The translations under genes were made by a program, and so were the position numbers. 34,842 nucleotides of DNA from Planctomycetota bacterium (GTDB lineage Bacteria > Planctomycetota > Phycisphaerae > WQYP01). Below, piece by piece: positions 34,075-34,842 of the stretch (position 1 is its first letter; each line of letters starts with the position of its first letter). The notes below the pieces were generated by a model. It searched no databases and was not told where the DNA came from. It saw nothing but the letters and a program-made list of their open reading frames with translations. The DNA lies in the NCBI GenBank assembly GCA_021780285.1, contig JAJXZA010000064.1, positions 1-34,842 of the forward strand, read 5' to 3'.

Positions 34075-34842
34075 ATGGCGATCAAAACGCCGCAAGCTTT
34101 TCTGCTTCGCCTGCAGCGACGCAACTTTATAAAATATTCCGGCGCTTTTACCGCGGCTGCAATTTCGCCCCATCATGCACGGCCGAAGCACATTCACAAT
34201 ATCAGCTTTCTGCTCCAGCGAACCTGCAGCCGGTTCAACATGCCGGCTATGGCAGGCCTGATACTCCATGGCGACACGGTTGAGGCGCAGGGCGTCAGCG
34301 GCATACGCGAGCGCGGACACACGGCGCTGGCGACACTGCACGATCAATGGCACCTCGGCTCTGACACCAAAGCCATGACCGCAACGATCTGCGCCATGCT
34401 CGTGACAAAAGGCCTGCTGCACTGGAACAGCACCCTGGCCGAAATATTTCCGGAAATGGCGGCCGCAATGAATCGCGCCTATCGCTCTGTTACGCTTACG
34501 CAAATTTTAACGATGCGGGCCGGCTGCCCTGATGAGAGCGTCCTGCTGCCCGAATGGAACCGTTTAGAAACCCAGCGGCATCATCTGATTAAGGTTCGAG
34601 AGAACCTTACACGCTGGGTGTTAAGCCGCCCTCCGCAGGCTGCACCGGGATCGCGGTTTATTTACTCCAACGCAGGTTACGTCATTGCCGGCCACATGGC
34701 CGAACGCGTCACCGCCATCGCATGGGAACAGTTGATGAAAACTCATATTTTCCGCCCGCTGAACATGCCGACCGCAGGTTTTGGCGCGCCAGGCACGCCC
34801 GGCAAGCTTGATGAGCCCCGCGGCCACACTGCCGATGGCAAA
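34075..34842 (+). CDS. serine hydrolase, beta-lactamase/transpeptidase-like family, with Tat-type signal; C-terminus beyond the window end
   Basis: Absent from the ORF track because it is open to the window end. My frame-1 translation from the ATG at 34075 reads MAIKTPQAFLLRLQRRNFIKYSGAFTAAAI (twin-Arg motif RRNFIK). It then shows GSDTKAMT (SxxK) and FIYSNAGY (YxN). An in-frame stop lies at 34012. Confidence 0.8.
   Translation, partial: MAIKTPQAFLLRLQRRNFIKYSGAFTAAAISPHHARPKHIHNISFLLQRTCSRFNMPAMAGLILHGDTVEAQGVSGIRERGHTALATLHDQWHLGSDTKAMTATICAMLVTKGLLHWNSTLAEIFPEMAAAMNRAYRSVTLTQILTMRAGCPDESVLLPEWNRLETQRHHLIKVRENLTRWVLSRPPQAAPGSRFIYSNAGYVIAGHMAERVTAIAWEQLMKTHIFRPLNMPTAGFGAPGTPGKLDEPRGHTADGK

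Noticed and set aside
34030-34503. 157-aa ORF on the - strand
   Set aside because: It is antisense to the edge-truncated serine hydrolase, whose + frame shows a Tat signal, SxxK and YxN motifs.
34593-34606. tRNA T-arm-like GGTTCGAGAGAACC
   Set aside because: It lies inside the serine-hydrolase coding frame, and no D-arm, anticodon arm or acceptor stem surrounds it.

Overview
This is a high-GC bacterial chromosomal segment. By inference it is PVC-superphylum-like (Planctomycetota or Verrucomicrobiota). The clues are a PEP-CTERM protein, an OmpL-type porin, LpxI, a PPi-type PFK signature, a planctomycete-style omega subunit and a MoxR/DUF58/BatA/DUF4175 cluster. I count about 30 CDS and no rRNA, tRNA, CRISPR, transposase or integrase. 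From 1 to 12971 the genes are mostly on the + strand and are housekeeping: rpmA, a porin, two SDRs, an EEP phosphoesterase, DAHP synthase, tpiA-secG and yicC-gmk-rpoZ-coaC. A divergent sialate-esterase fragment and a DUF89 gene lie on the - strand. From 13297 to 33750 everything is on the - strand: HIT, GNAT, pfk, lpxI, hisD, metF, a PEP-CTERM S8-like peptidase, a six-gene MoxR AAA+/DUF58/BatA-VWA/VWA/DUF4175-like/Gln-rich envelope cluster (about 11.3 kb) and a membrane-anchored cupredoxin. A Tat-signal serine hydrolase on the + strand runs off the right edge. Two edge-truncated CDS (1-1063 minus and 34075-34842 plus) are absent from the ORF track; I found them by translating the sequence myself. 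The ORF track counts GTG and TTG as starts, so I re-picked several starts at internal ATGs with better RBS or family N-termini. The items most worth a second look are: the uncharacterised MoxR-to-DUF4175 cluster; a 169-nt helix-bounded non-coding element at the convergent coaC/HIT junction; a roughly 110-nt long hairpin in the leader of the SDR pair; the long structured leaders of metF and hisD; and atypical active-site or ligand spacing in the PEP-CTERM peptidase and the cupredoxin. I do not see a clear defence or mobile system, and no finding here is verified by search.
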